Virus record (IMG/VR): IMGVR_UViG_3300032047_002388
Location: 1 to 64,000 of that record
Strand: one strand, 5' to 3'
Length of the DNA: 64,000 bases
From: a virus
In this document: in pieces, positions 18,832 through 28,639 of the stretch
How the letters are laid out: each line of letters starts with the position of its first letter
Position numbering within the stretch: the stretch's first letter is position 1
Made by a program: the position numbers and the translations under genes
The notes under the pieces: model-generated
The model's input: the letters and a program-made list of their open reading frames with translations, nothing else
Databases searched by the model: none
What the model was told of the DNA's origin: nothing

Positions 18832-19587
18832 ATGTTTCAGAATCAGTATTTTAGTAATTACTTTATTCTATGTTATGATTCAGTAAGAGATATTGTATTT
18901 GTAACAACTCAAAAATGTGGACAAACATTTATTGGTACACATTTAGATGGAGTTCATTTTGAAGTAATGGACCATACAAACATGAGCAGACCTACTTATA
19001 AGTTAGGTGATGCGATTCTACATGAATTTACTGAGGCAGGTTCATCTTTCAAGGAATTATTTAATTGTGAAACAGTTGAAGAAGTACTGAATACAAAACA
19101 ATGTTACTTTGTAATTAGAAATCCAAAGAAGAGATTTTTCTCAGGTATAGCACAAATACTAACACAAAGATTCAAAGAAACTGAAGATGCATCTGATATT
19201 TGGGATTTTAAAAAATATGATGAACCAGAGATAGAAGTTATAAAATACATGAAATCTGATAAAGGACAGGATTGGTTAAGAAAAGAACTATCCAAGTTAT
19301 CATTATCAGATTTGGATGATGAACATATCTATCCTATTTTTGATTTCTATACAAAATATCTATGGAGACCACACCACAAGACAATCAATTTAAACGATTT
19401 ATCTTCGTGGTTTGAAGGAGTAGAACCTAAACGATGGAATCCATATTTAGTAAACGATAAAAGTGAGATATATAAAAAATGGATTTTGGATTCAAAACAT
19501 CCGATTCATAAATTGCTTTTAGAGTATGGTGATATTTATAATAAAGAAGTAATTGCATGGGAAAATCTAAAAAGGGAAGAGTGTTAA
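18832..19587 (+). CDS. sulfotransferase-like protein
   Basis: TTQKCGQT and VIRNPKKRFFSG, resembling 5'-PSB/3'-PB motifs. Confidence 0.5.
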   Translation: MFQNQYFSNYFILCYDSVRDIVFVTTQKCGQTFIGTHLDGVHFEVMDHTNMSRPTYKLGDAILHEFTEAGSSFKELFNCETVEEVLNTKQCYFVIRNPKKRFFSGIAQILTQRFKETEDASDIWDFKKYDEPEIEVIKYMKSDKGQDWLRKELSKLSLSDLDDEHIYPIFDFYTKYLWRPHHKTINLNDLSSWFEGVEPKRWNPYLVNDKSEIYKKWILDSKHPIHKLLLEYGDIYNKEVIAWENLKREEC

Positions 19588-19892
19588 CTGCGTTTATTGG
19601 TGCTCAAGATATCTACGAGTGGGTAACTAGTGAAGATGGTAGAGCAACAATGTTTCCTATTTTGATGAGTGGTGTTGAAAAGACAATAGAAGAGGATTTA
19701 GAAGAACATCATGTTCTTAGAGTAGAATCTTTGGTAAATTACAATATGCAGAAGTTCAACTTCTATGTCAAGAGAGATGATTTATCCGATACATTAGATA
19801 AAATAATGGAGTGGGCATTAGAAGAAGAAGAATATGAAATCTGTGCAAGAGTTAAAAAAGTAGAAGAGAAACTTGTAAAAGAAGAATTTTGA
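19557..19892 (+). CDS. hypothetical protein with C-terminal UVR-like motif
   Basis: EEEEYEICARVK; similar tail in 39784. Confidence 0.6.
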   Translation: MGKSKKGRVLTAFIGAQDIYEWVTSEDGRATMFPILMSGVEKTIEEDLEEHHVLRVESLVNYNMQKFNFYVKRDDLSDTLDKIMEWALEEEEYEICARVKKVEEKLVKEEF

Positions 19893-20632
19893 AAATATTA
19901 GTTATAGGAGATAGTTGTACCGATATATTCGTATATGGTAGTTGTACAAGGTTATGTCCAGAAGCACCCATACCAGTATTCCAACCATCCAAAACCATAA
20001 CAAATCAAGGTATGGCTGGAAACGTTGTTGAAAACCTCAGAGCATTAGGAGTTAGAAAAACTGAACTAATAACAAACAACGAACAAATCCAAAAGACAAG
20101 ATATGTAGAAACCAAATCAAACCAAATGCTACTCAGAGTAGATGGTAATGATAAGGTCTCTAATTCATTTGATTATCGTAAAGTTGATTTTGATTCATAC
20201 GATGCAGTGATTGTTGCAGATTATGATAAAGGATATCTAACTTATCAAGATATAGGTAAAATCGGTGAAAATTCTAAACTATCTTTTATTGATACAAAAA
20301 AGACAATAGGTAGTGGAGATTATTTCAAAGATTATACATTTGTAAAAATGAATGAAGTTGAGTGGGAAAATTGTGTTGAAAAAGGTGCAGTTTATTCTGA
20401 GTGGAAAAAATCATTGATTGTAACTATGTCTGAGAGAGGATGTATGTACGATGAAAAAAGATATCCAGTCGATACTTCAGTTGAGGTTAGAGATTTGAGT
20501 GGTGCAGGAGATACTTGGATGGCATCATTCGTAATGAAATATGTAGAAACAAAAAGTATAGATGAATCAATACAGTTTGCAAATGAAAATGCAACAATAG
20601 TAGTACAAAAAAGAGGTGTTACAACAATATGA
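19889..20632 (+). CDS. PfkB-family sugar kinase (HldE/RfaE kinase domain-like)
   Basis: ILVIGD, RLCPEAPIPV, DYDKG, DLSGAGDT. Confidence 0.85.
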   Translation: MKILVIGDSCTDIFVYGSCTRLCPEAPIPVFQPSKTITNQGMAGNVVENLRALGVRKTELITNNEQIQKTRYVETKSNQMLLRVDGNDKVSNSFDYRKVDFDSYDAVIVADYDKGYLTYQDIGKIGENSKLSFIDTKKTIGSGDYFKDYTFVKMNEVEWENCVEKGAVYSEWKKSLIVTMSERGCMYDEKRYPVDTSVEVRDLSGAGDTWMASFVMKYVETKSIDESIQFANENATIVVQKRGVTTI

Positions 20633-21039
20633 GAAAATACTTACCAACATTAGGAGAACTTATAGATAGATTAACTATCGTTCAGTTAAAAGAAGTTAAG
20701 ATTCCACAACACAAAGAGGAATATCAAAAAGAAATCAAAGATATCGTACATGATATTAATGAAATATTATTAGATGAAAAACTTCCAAGAGATATCGTTG
20801 ATGGGGATATGATTAGGGCAATAGTGGTGTTATCACAAATGAATACTCATATTTGGGTGAATGAAGATAAAGCAAGAAGTGGTGAAAATAAAGGAAATGA
20901 TTTACTGCTCACTCATGGTTTAAATGGAATCAGAAACACAGCCAAAAATAAAATACAAGAGAAAGTTGGTGGTAGAAAAGATTACAAAATAGATTGTATC
21001 GCATCTGATTTTAAAGATTGGGAAGTATCGTGGGAGTAA
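20629..21039 (+). CDS. hypothetical protein (DUF4254-like helical)
   Basis: TLGELIDRLTIVQLK motif. Confidence 0.6.
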   Translation: MRKYLPTLGELIDRLTIVQLKEVKIPQHKEEYQKEIKDIVHDINEILLDEKLPRDIVDGDMIRAIVVLSQMNTHIWVNEDKARSGENKGNDLLLTHGLNGIRNTAKNKIQEKVGGRKDYKIDCIASDFKDWEVSWE

Positions 21040-21554
21040 CTGAAATAAATACCATATTTTCTGAAGTAGAGTTTTCTTATATAAAAAAAGAATTTGAATC
21101 TAGTAAATTTATAGAAAACAATACTTGGGAAGAAGGAATTATACATTTCAGTAAACCAGTAGAGATATCTCAAATAGAAAATAAAGATATTATCAAATTA
21201 ATTAATAATGCAATTAAAAGAACAGGTATATCACCACTAGATAAAAATGTAATCAAGGGTGCTCTATTTTATAAATGGGGACCTGGTTCTTACATTCCAT
21301 GGCATCATGATTCAAATTATTCAGCTGGATTAACAGTATATTTGAACGATGATTGGAATTATAAAAATGGTGGATTATTTGTGTACAAAGATGATGAGGA
21401 TATCAAAACAATAGTACCTCAAAAAAATAAAGGAGTTTTACAAATCGGAGGAGTTGCACATTCAACTACGATAATATCAAAGAGGTCTGAACCGAGAAAA
21501 ACTTTACAGATATTTTTTGATAAGTTTAACGATTTAAATAATTATATTATATGA
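21018..21554 (+). CDS. 2OG-Fe(II) oxygenase
   Basis: WHHD...YLN..W...GG...H...R. Confidence 0.8.
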   Translation: MGSIVGVTEINTIFSEVEFSYIKKEFESSKFIENNTWEEGIIHFSKPVEISQIENKDIIKLINNAIKRTGISPLDKNVIKGALFYKWGPGSYIPWHHDSNYSAGLTVYLNDDWNYKNGGLFVYKDDEDIKTIVPQKNKGVLQIGGVAHSTTIISKRSEPRKTLQIFFDKFNDLNNYII

Positions 21555-22405
21555 CAAGACAAGTATTAGTTACAGGTGGTGCAGGATTTATAGGTTCTAA
21601 CCTAGTGAAACGATTAGTTAAAGAAGGGTATAGAGTTGTATCATTGGATGATTACTCAACAGGCAATAAAGATAATCATATCGAAGGTGTAAAATATATC
21701 ACTGGTGATATTGAATTAATAGAATACATAAAAGGTGATTTTGAAACTTGTTATCATATTGCTGCACAATCAAGAGTACAACCTTCGTTTGATGACCCAA
21801 CAGAATGTTTTAGGGTTAATGTGAAAGGAACTCAAGCAGTGATGGAATGGGCAAGAGCAAACAATATAAAAGTTGTATATGCTGGTTCATCATCCAAACA
21901 CCACAACCCATCAGATTCCCCATATGCTATGTACAAATATCTAGGAGAAGAGGTTTGTAAGTTATATAAGAAAACTTATGATGTTGATGTTAGAATATGT
22001 AGATTTTATAATGTTTATGGACCAGGTGAATCTTTGGATGTAAAATTTGGAAATGTTATAGGTATATGGAGAACCTTAATTGAAGAAGGTAAAGCCCTAC
22101 CAATAGTGGGCGATGGAGAACAGAGAAGAGATTTCACTTATGTGGATGATATTATCGATGGGTTATTTAAGGCATGTAATTCTAATTTTAATCATGCAGA
22201 TGCATGGGAGTTAGGATGTGGTAAAAATTACTCAATAAATGAATTGTTTGGGATGTTTAAAGAAAAGTATCCAAATATAGAAACTAAAACATTACCAGAC
22301 CAAAAAGGAAATTATAGAGAAACATTAAATAGAAATAAAGAGGCAAGAGACCTATTAGGTTGGGAGCCTAGGGATATGTTATACGATTACATAAAATCAT
22401 TATGA
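21551..22405 (+). CDS. NAD-dependent epimerase/dehydratase
   Basis: VTGGAGFIGS, YAMYK, RFYNVYGP, RDFTYVDD. Confidence 0.9.
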   Translation: MTRQVLVTGGAGFIGSNLVKRLVKEGYRVVSLDDYSTGNKDNHIEGVKYITGDIELIEYIKGDFETCYHIAAQSRVQPSFDDPTECFRVNVKGTQAVMEWARANNIKVVYAGSSSKHHNPSDSPYAMYKYLGEEVCKLYKKTYDVDVRICRFYNVYGPGESLDVKFGNVIGIWRTLIEEGKALPIVGDGEQRRDFTYVDDIIDGLFKACNSNFNHADAWELGCGKNYSINELFGMFKEKYPNIETKTLPDQKGNYRETLNRNKEARDLLGWEPRDMLYDYIKSL

Positions 22406-23181
22406 TAAACAAAAAGAACGAGTGGAATCAAAGTAAATCTAAATGGGGTTTTGGTAGAACCAAAATTGATAACTTTTTAGATGAAGAAACTGCATACCAA
22501 TTATATGAAGAGTGTATGAACGCTCCAAAAGGTGGATGGACAGTATTTACTCGTGCTGGTTCAAGAATGGAAGAGTTCAACGATTTGATTTCATTACCAA
22601 CTGCACATAGGGTAACTTATGATATAATGCATAGTGGTGAGTTTCTATACGAGTTAGAACAAATGACTGGGATTGTAGGATTATTACCAGACCCACATTT
22701 GGTTGGAGCAGGATACTCAATAATCAGAAATAGTAAAGATTTGGGTTGTCATTATGATTTCAATTGGAATGATAGAATCAGATTACATAGAAAACTAACT
22801 TCACTTTTATATATCACACCAGATTGGAATGATGAATGGGGAGGTCATATTCAGTATTGGGATGATAATATAGATGTTAATCCAAACTCACCATTAATTG
22901 AATCAGTATCACCAAAATTTAATCGATTGGTAATCAATGAGAATGTAAAACAAGCACCATACCACAGAGTGAGTGAAGTAAAATCACCAGAGGATAAACC
23001 AAGATGTGCAATAAGATTTTTCTATTATATTTCTACATCAGAATACGATAAAGATAATCCACCACATCGAAGTACATATAAATCAAATGAATATTCACAC
23101 CATAAATTACATGAAGAAGAAAATTGGGATGGACACTTTGTAGGACAAGGTGGTGAAGATTATGGTTATAAACCCAAGTAA
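22402..23181 (+). CDS. 2OG-Fe(II) oxygenase
   Basis: PDPHLVGAG, HYDFN, WNDEWGG, YH...R. Confidence 0.8.
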   Translation: MINKKNEWNQSKSKWGFGRTKIDNFLDEETAYQLYEECMNAPKGGWTVFTRAGSRMEEFNDLISLPTAHRVTYDIMHSGEFLYELEQMTGIVGLLPDPHLVGAGYSIIRNSKDLGCHYDFNWNDRIRLHRKLTSLLYITPDWNDEWGGHIQYWDDNIDVNPNSPLIESVSPKFNRLVINENVKQAPYHRVSEVKSPEDKPRCAIRFFYYISTSEYDKDNPPHRSTYKSNEYSHHKLHEEENWDGHFVGQGGEDYGYKPK

Positions 23182-24137
23182 TGAAATACATTTTAACATC
23201 AGGTTGTTCATTTACTAATAATACTAGATATAATCCTAATAATAAACTAGCAAGTGAGAACTATCCAAACGAGGATTACAAATCTTGGCCTTACTATTTA
23301 CAGAAAGAAGTAGGAGAGGATTATGAAGTTTGGAATCTTGGTGGTGCAACTAATGATAATATAAGTATTATTAGGGTTTTGTTCTATAATATTAAAGAAT
23401 TGATAAATAAAGGAGTAGATTCTGATGATATTACAATTGTAGGACAGTTCTCAGATATTCATAGAAAAGCAATATATCTACCATCAGAGTGGAATTGGGA
23501 TGAACAATTACAATGGAAAGAACACACCTTAAAATATCACGAACATAATGTATGGAAAAAAGATAAGAATGGATTCTTTTTCCTAACTGGTGGATTTGGA
23601 CCACCTGATAATGAAGATGGAACGATGAATATTTTAGGGTTAAATAAATTCATGGAAGAGTATGATATGAAGGTATTAGGAGAATCCTATATAAACGAAA
23701 CTCTTCAATGGTTAGAAACTTGGGCATTCTTTGAAACATTTTGTATTGATAATGATATCGAAACTTATTGGTTTTGGATGAGAAACAATTTATCACAAGA
23801 GGCTTTTGATTGTCACTTCGGTGCACCTGATATGGATAGTGATAAAACATCAAAAAATATATGGTTGAATGAATATGATATCTTAAAACCATATTTGGAT
23901 GAGGTATCTTTCAATGGTAAAAAGATTTGGTCATATAAAAATTACAATGGATTATTGGAGTGGTGTTACGATAATTATGGTGATTTAAATCCATATCAAG
24001 AAACAGTAGGAATGGATGTAAATCATTATCTAACGAAAGTACAACCAAATAAATGGGGTCACCCATCAAAAGAAATGAATGAAAAATTTGTTAAAGAAGA
24101 ACTATTAAAATTTATTGAATATGGAATCAATGGATAG
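23181..24137 (+). CDS. SGNH-like protein
   Basis: SGCSFT, SWP, NLGGATND, GHPS. Confidence 0.6.
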   Translation: MKYILTSGCSFTNNTRYNPNNKLASENYPNEDYKSWPYYLQKEVGEDYEVWNLGGATNDNISIIRVLFYNIKELINKGVDSDDITIVGQFSDIHRKAIYLPSEWNWDEQLQWKEHTLKYHEHNVWKKDKNGFFFLTGGFGPPDNEDGTMNILGLNKFMEEYDMKVLGESYINETLQWLETWAFFETFCIDNDIETYWFWMRNNLSQEAFDCHFGAPDMDSDKTSKNIWLNEYDILKPYLDEVSFNGKKIWSYKNYNGLLEWCYDNYGDLNPYQETVGMDVNHYLTKVQPNKWGHPSKEMNEKFVKEELLKFIEYGING

Positions 24138-24804
24138 AGAAGAACTTGAGTGGTATCACAACATTCAAGACCCATGGGATTGGGTTACAGTTTTTGAGAA
24201 TACAGTATCAGAGTATTGTGGTTACAAATATGGAATTGCATGTGATTCAAACTCAAATGCAATCAGATTAATGTTAAATTATTTTGGGATTAACCATACA
24301 CATATTGTTATACCAGCAAGAACCTATGTTTCAGTACCAAATCAAATCATATTGAGTGGCAACTACCCAGTCTTTGAAGATTACAAATGGGATGGATTTT
24401 ATCAATTTGGTAGTGATATTCCAATCATAGATGCTGCAACGGCATTCTATGAAGGTATGGGAAAAGACCACCAAGATAAACATATGATACTTTCATTTCA
24501 TAAGAAAAAGATACTTAATATAGGACAGGGTGGAATGATTCTAACAAATGATGAAAAACTTGTAGAATGGGCAAGACCTATGATTTACGATGGTAGACAC
24601 AAAGATAGAATGTATAAAGATGATGAATTTGAGTGTATTGGATGGCATATGTATATGAGTCCAGAATCTGCGATGAGAGGATTACAAATATTCCATTCAC
24701 CTAGAATCCAAAGTTGGAATGAACATTGTGGTTCATCCAAAGTATATGGTGATTTGAGAAAACAAGAAATATTCAAACCTTATGTAAATGATAACAGTAA
24801 ATAA
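24115..24804 (+). CDS. DegT/DnrJ/EryC1/StrS-family PLP aminotransferase (short)
   Basis: PARTYVSV, IDAA, SFHKKKILNIGQGGMILT. Confidence 0.8.
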   Translation: MNMESMDREELEWYHNIQDPWDWVTVFENTVSEYCGYKYGIACDSNSNAIRLMLNYFGINHTHIVIPARTYVSVPNQIILSGNYPVFEDYKWDGFYQFGSDIPIIDAATAFYEGMGKDHQDKHMILSFHKKKILNIGQGGMILTNDEKLVEWARPMIYDGRHKDRMYKDDEFECIGWHMYMSPESAMRGLQIFHSPRIQSWNEHCGSSKVYGDLRKQEIFKPYVNDNSK

Positions 24805-25867
24805 GGAATTAGAGTACGATGTATATTTGGGTGATTGGGGTATTGACCTCACTTCATGTTTTTATGAATACAACAACCAATATCAGAAAGTAATGAGTTG
24901 GAACGAGGAGTGTGATGGATACAACGAAGAACACTTCATTGAATCGGTAAAGGAATTTATTAACAAACACCCAAACAAAACAATTTATGTGATTGATAAA
25001 TATGAAGCACATAGTATGAAAGAACATTCAGGCAAAACAATTCAATCACTTATCAAATTTACAGAACAAAATAAACTAGATATAACCTTTGCAGGTGGTG
25101 GATATGATAAACCAGGATTTCCATTTAGAAAAATAACCTATTGGTTAGGGAATAACGCATTCAAAAACAAAGAGATAAAACCAAGAAAGTTTGATAAACA
25201 CTTTCTGTATATGAATCGAATTCGTAAAAAACAAAGAGAAGAACTACTCTTCAGTATGTATAGAGGAAGATATTTAGATAAATGTTATTGGAGTTGGGCA
25301 TCTAATAATCCAGGTGATGGATTACACAAAACAATTGAAGGTGTTGTGATTGATGGTCAGAATTCACATTTAGAAAATGAAATACTACCTGAATTTTTTA
25401 AATCATTCATATCAATCGTACCAGAAACAAATGTTTGGGTAAATGAACACACAAGAGGAGTAGCATTTCCAACAGAAAAAACAGAGAAATGTTTCACTGC
25501 AGGACAACCATTTATTGCAGTATCTACACCAGGATATCTTAGACAATTGAGAAGTTTAGGATTTAGAACATTTGATGGATTTATAAATGAAGATTATGAT
25601 TCATATTATAATGATAAAGAAAGACACGAAAGAATTATGATGTTGATACATGATATTTCAACTTGGTCACTAGAAAAGTGTGAGAGGATATATAAGGAGA
25701 TGATACCTATATTAAAACACAATCAAGAACTAAACGAGAAATATTTAAAACTTCAGAACGATGCAGGATTCTCATTCATAGATGATATCATTGAAGATGA
25801 GGTGTATGAAGATATGTTAATGAAATCAGAAGATAAACAAAGATATAATCCAGACAGATTAATATGA
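24788..25867 (+). CDS. glycosyltransferase-like protein
   Basis: FLYMNR, ISIVPETN, PTEKT, GQPFI, LGFRTF. Confidence 0.55.
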   Translation: MITVNKELEYDVYLGDWGIDLTSCFYEYNNQYQKVMSWNEECDGYNEEHFIESVKEFINKHPNKTIYVIDKYEAHSMKEHSGKTIQSLIKFTEQNKLDITFAGGGYDKPGFPFRKITYWLGNNAFKNKEIKPRKFDKHFLYMNRIRKKQREELLFSMYRGRYLDKCYWSWASNNPGDGLHKTIEGVVIDGQNSHLENEILPEFFKSFISIVPETNVWVNEHTRGVAFPTEKTEKCFTAGQPFIAVSTPGYLRQLRSLGFRTFDGFINEDYDSYYNDKERHERIMMLIHDISTWSLEKCERIYKEMIPILKHNQELNEKYLKLQNDAGFSFIDDIIEDEVYEDMLMKSEDKQRYNPDRLI

Positions 25868-26610
25868 GAACAGTATATTCAATAGGAGATAGTGTGGTTT
25901 GGGGTGCAGAGTTAGAGAACAAGCAGTATGAACGATTTTCTTACGATTTCGCGAGAAGGTTAGGAGCAACAGATTGTAACAACGCATCCGCAGGTGTATC
26001 TAATGATTACATATTTAGAAACACAATACGAGATATCTACCATTGGAAGAAAACTGGTCAAGTTTGGAGTGAAGAGACGGGTTGGATTGATAGTGATGAA
26101 TTTATCCTATGTATGGGAGTTACTTCACCAACAAGATTTGAGTGGTGGGATGGTAAAAGATACGAACAAGAAAGGTTGTGGAAAGGATACGATAAATGGG
26201 GTAAGAACGATGAAGAGAGAACCACATTAGATTTCCATGTACTGAATCAAACCGAACTCATCCCATCCTTTATCAGAACCCTGCAAGGGGTATTATCTGT
26301 CAAGACTATATGTGAGAGTGAATCAATACCATATATTATATTCAACACATTTTTTAAATATAATTTCGATGAAATAAAACAACCCAAAAATAATATTGAT
26401 AGATGGGGTAGAAAGGATAATCAATTAAGTTTAGACTCACTATGGAATGAGATACCAATTGAGTTCAAATTAGATACGATGTACGATTACTTTAAAAAAC
26501 AAGGTGGTGGATTATTACCAAGAAATCACCCAACAAAAGAATCACACCAATTGTGGAGTGATAGGTTATATAATATGTTTATGAATAAAGAGAAAGATGA
26601 TGAATTTTAG
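25864..26610 (+). CDS. SGNH-like protein
   Basis: GDSVVWGAEL, GVSNDYI, NHPT. Confidence 0.6.
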   Translation: MRTVYSIGDSVVWGAELENKQYERFSYDFARRLGATDCNNASAGVSNDYIFRNTIRDIYHWKKTGQVWSEETGWIDSDEFILCMGVTSPTRFEWWDGKRYEQERLWKGYDKWGKNDEERTTLDFHVLNQTELIPSFIRTLQGVLSVKTICESESIPYIIFNTFFKYNFDEIKQPKNNIDRWGRKDNQLSLDSLWNEIPIEFKLDTMYDYFKKQGGGLLPRNHPTKESHQLWSDRLYNMFMNKEKDDEF

Positions 26611-26758
26611 ATTTTTTAATGAAGAATGGAACGAGGGCACGAAACCCCCATCCGATGATGATTGGGGAGACGAGTTAGAGGACGGAGTACACGATTTTAT
26701 AATAAAGAAAAAGAAACCTACTCACATAGAAGATGAGTACGAAGAATATGGCAACTAA
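26597..26758 (+). CDS. small acidic hypothetical protein (53 aa)
   Basis: own translation MMNFRFFNEEW...EYGN. Confidence 0.5.
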   Translation: MMNFRFFNEEWNEGTKPPSDDDWGDELEDGVHDFIIKKKKPTHIEDEYEEYGN

Positions 26759-26831
26759 CCCCTTTACATCCTATCGGTGGGGGTGGAGTCGATGACTAAA
26801 TTTTTTTTGATAGTGATATATATTTATTGAT

Positions 26832-27143
26832 ATGGGATTCGGAATAATATATACATTTTTACAAAAGAACTTTGGTACTAATAATAACAAAAGATTAGAA
26901 CAAATGAGAAACAATAAGTATGTAACTCTTAATATCAGAGAACAGAGATTAAAAGAGAATTGTAAGTGTGGGAAGTATAACCCACAAAGTAGTAACTGCA
27001 AGTGTAATGAAACCAAGACCAAAAGGAATGCTCATAGAGATTTCTTATTTGGGAACATCACAAGTAGAGAGTACGATACGCAGTTAGAGATAACCGAAGA
27101 AGAGATTAACGAAGAGTTATTTAAAAGGAACGACAACCATTAG
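26832..27143 (+). CDS. Cys-containing hypothetical protein (start may be ATG 26904)
   Basis: CKC...CKC; preceded by ATATTTATT and followed by a terminator. Confidence 0.55.
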   Translation: MGFGIIYTFLQKNFGTNNNKRLEQMRNNKYVTLNIREQRLKENCKCGKYNPQSSNCKCNETKTKRNAHRDFLFGNITSREYDTQLEITEEEINEELFKRNDNH

Positions 27144-27169
27144 TATAAGTTCCCTACACATGCACTAAC

Positions 27170-27208
27170 AACCCCTACGACTCAATACCGAGTTATAGGG
27201 GTTTTTTT
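27170..27208 (+). terminator. intrinsic terminator
   Basis: AACCCCTA.GACTC / GAGTT.TAGGGGTT stem followed by a T run. Confidence 0.8.
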
Positions 27209-27502
27209 ATGCCCAAATGGGAGTTAACGACAGTACCCCAAGTACCCCTACTGAGAGGAAGAGAATACACCACGCTGAGGTTGTTTTTGATTCTTTCGTG
27301 TGAAATTATACTACACCATAATAGTTAACCCCTCTAACCCCTTGTAAATGAGGTGCTTGGAGGTTTCCACTACCCCCAAATGAGTAGTTAGTTGCACAAT
27401 AGAGTGGTATCATAATGATTTTATGATATACTTTCCCATAATGATAGAGGAGGACTAGGTATAGCATTATTATTAGGAGCCTCAAGCGTATGTGTCCAGA
27501 GG

Positions 27503-27745
27503 TGACATGCTGTCATGTGCTTGGTTGTGATATATTACCCCCCATTTGCATATGTCCAGTAATAGGGGATTTCCTTACAAAGATGACAATTCCACGCTTT
27601 TCAGACATATTGTCATGTTTTTTATTTGGATATATGAGCTTTTTTTCGTATCTTAGCTCGGAGGCGTGTGTCTTTGCCTGCTTAATAATAATGACTGTTA
27701 CAATTGTGTCATATGTTACATTTGTAAACAGGTGACATATTGTCA
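27503..27745. repeat. three TGACA-N3-TGTCA-type palindromes
   Basis: TGACATGCTGTCA 27503, AGACATATTGTCA 27603, TGACATATTGTCA 27733. Confidence 0.75.
27626..27658 (+). promoter_or_regulatory. early-type promoter
   Basis: TTG-N20-TATCTTAGCT. Confidence 0.5.
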
Positions 27746-27812
27746 TAGTTCTATCTCTAGGGGGGTATAGTCTAATAAGCATCACGCTATTCTGTGATTT
27801 ATTACTTGTATC

Positions 27813-27880
27813 CGCAAAATAATTGCAAAAAAAGTGTAAAAAAGTTTGGAAGTCTCAGGAATTATTCGTATATTAGCTAT
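27813..27880 (+). promoter_or_regulatory. conserved early-type promoter repeat
   Basis: GCAAAATAATT...TTGGAAGTCTC...TATATTAGCTAT. Confidence 0.75.
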
Positions 27881-28069
27881 GTATTGTGATTGAGACGTTA
27901 CTCTAACAATACTGTTCTTTGAAAATATAGCGGTATAAGTCCTTATAGGAAATGAAAGATACTCGGGCAATCGCACTCTGAATGAGACCATTCTCTCCTA
28001 TTCCCACACGGGAAGACAACAAAGTAAAACCAATTTCACCAGCAGTTCCTCATTCCTGCTGGTTTTTTT
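27881..28069 (+). ncRNA. putative ~190-nt structured non-coding RNA
   Basis: bounded by a promoter and a terminator, no credible ORF, several hairpins. Confidence 0.5.
28038..28069 (+). terminator. intrinsic terminator
   Basis: ACCAGCAG / CTGCTGGT followed by a T run. Confidence 0.8.
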
Positions 28070-28091
28070 ATGCAGAAAAGCGTGCAATTGT

Positions 28092-28123
28092 TTGGATTTG
28101 TCATTTATTATTTGTATATTAGC
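28092..28123 (+). promoter_or_regulatory. early-type promoter
   Basis: TTG-N20-TATATTAGC. Confidence 0.6.
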
Positions 28124-28128
28124 CCTGT

Positions 28129-28335
28129 ATGATGAGAGTTAAAAAAACAATTTCGGTAACATTAATCTTATTAGGTGTAGTACTAGTAGTATCAGCCCTA
28201 CCCCTAGCGATTAAGTTTTTCTTTAGAATTTTCCAACTATTCCTACTATATCCCCTTGAAGGATTATGCATGACAGGACTACTTCTAGTATTCCAATTCT
28301 TGTATATTAAGATAGTAGAGGGAGAAGAGGGGTAA
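28129..28335 (+). CDS. small two-TM membrane protein
   Basis: hydrophobic 68-aa ORF directly after a promoter. Confidence 0.55.
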   Translation: MMRVKKTISVTLILLGVVLVVSALPLAIKFFFRIFQLFLLYPLEGLCMTGLLLVFQFLYIKIVEGEEG

Positions 28336-28538
28336 GCCACCCTTCGAGGTTTCTTGCTACTGCAGGCAATTGACATTGGACAGAGGGGCCCGGATACGTT
28401 TTTGGGCAGAGGTTAGCTTTTCTCCCTATGGAAAAAACACCTTAATCACCCCTATGGGGTTGCAGTATCTGTCAAAGTGGTTTGGTATCGAGTTGTGAGT
28501 CAAGGAGTTAAGAACTTCACGCTCTACTCTCTTTTTTT
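28333..28538 (+). ncRNA. putative pseudoknotted structured RNA
   Basis: GC-enriched, multiple complementary segments, ends in a hairpin plus T7. Confidence 0.45.
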
Positions 28539-28546
28539 AATTGTCT

Positions 28547-28639
28547 ATGAATTATAAATTTATTAGGTTTATACTGTGTGTATGTATAGTATGGACTTTT
28601 GTATTTTGGTTTTCTTTGTATGTATTACTAGTAGGGTAA
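28547..28639 (+). CDS. 30-aa hydrophobic peptide
   Basis: MNYKFIRFILCVCIVWTFVFWFSLYVLLVG. Confidence 0.35.
   Translation: MNYKFIRFILCVCIVWTFVFWFSLYVLLVG

Noticed and set aside
27490-27991. ORFs 27490-27735, 27513-27785 and 27782-27991
   Set aside because: Atypical composition; they run across promoters, palindromes and RNA hairpins, so the region is better explained as non-coding
28333-28538. tmRNA, RNase P RNA or SAM-I/cobalamin riboswitch
   Set aside because: Hallmark sequences (tRNA-like ends with T arm, GAGGAAAGUCC, AUC-AGAG core) were not found by eye
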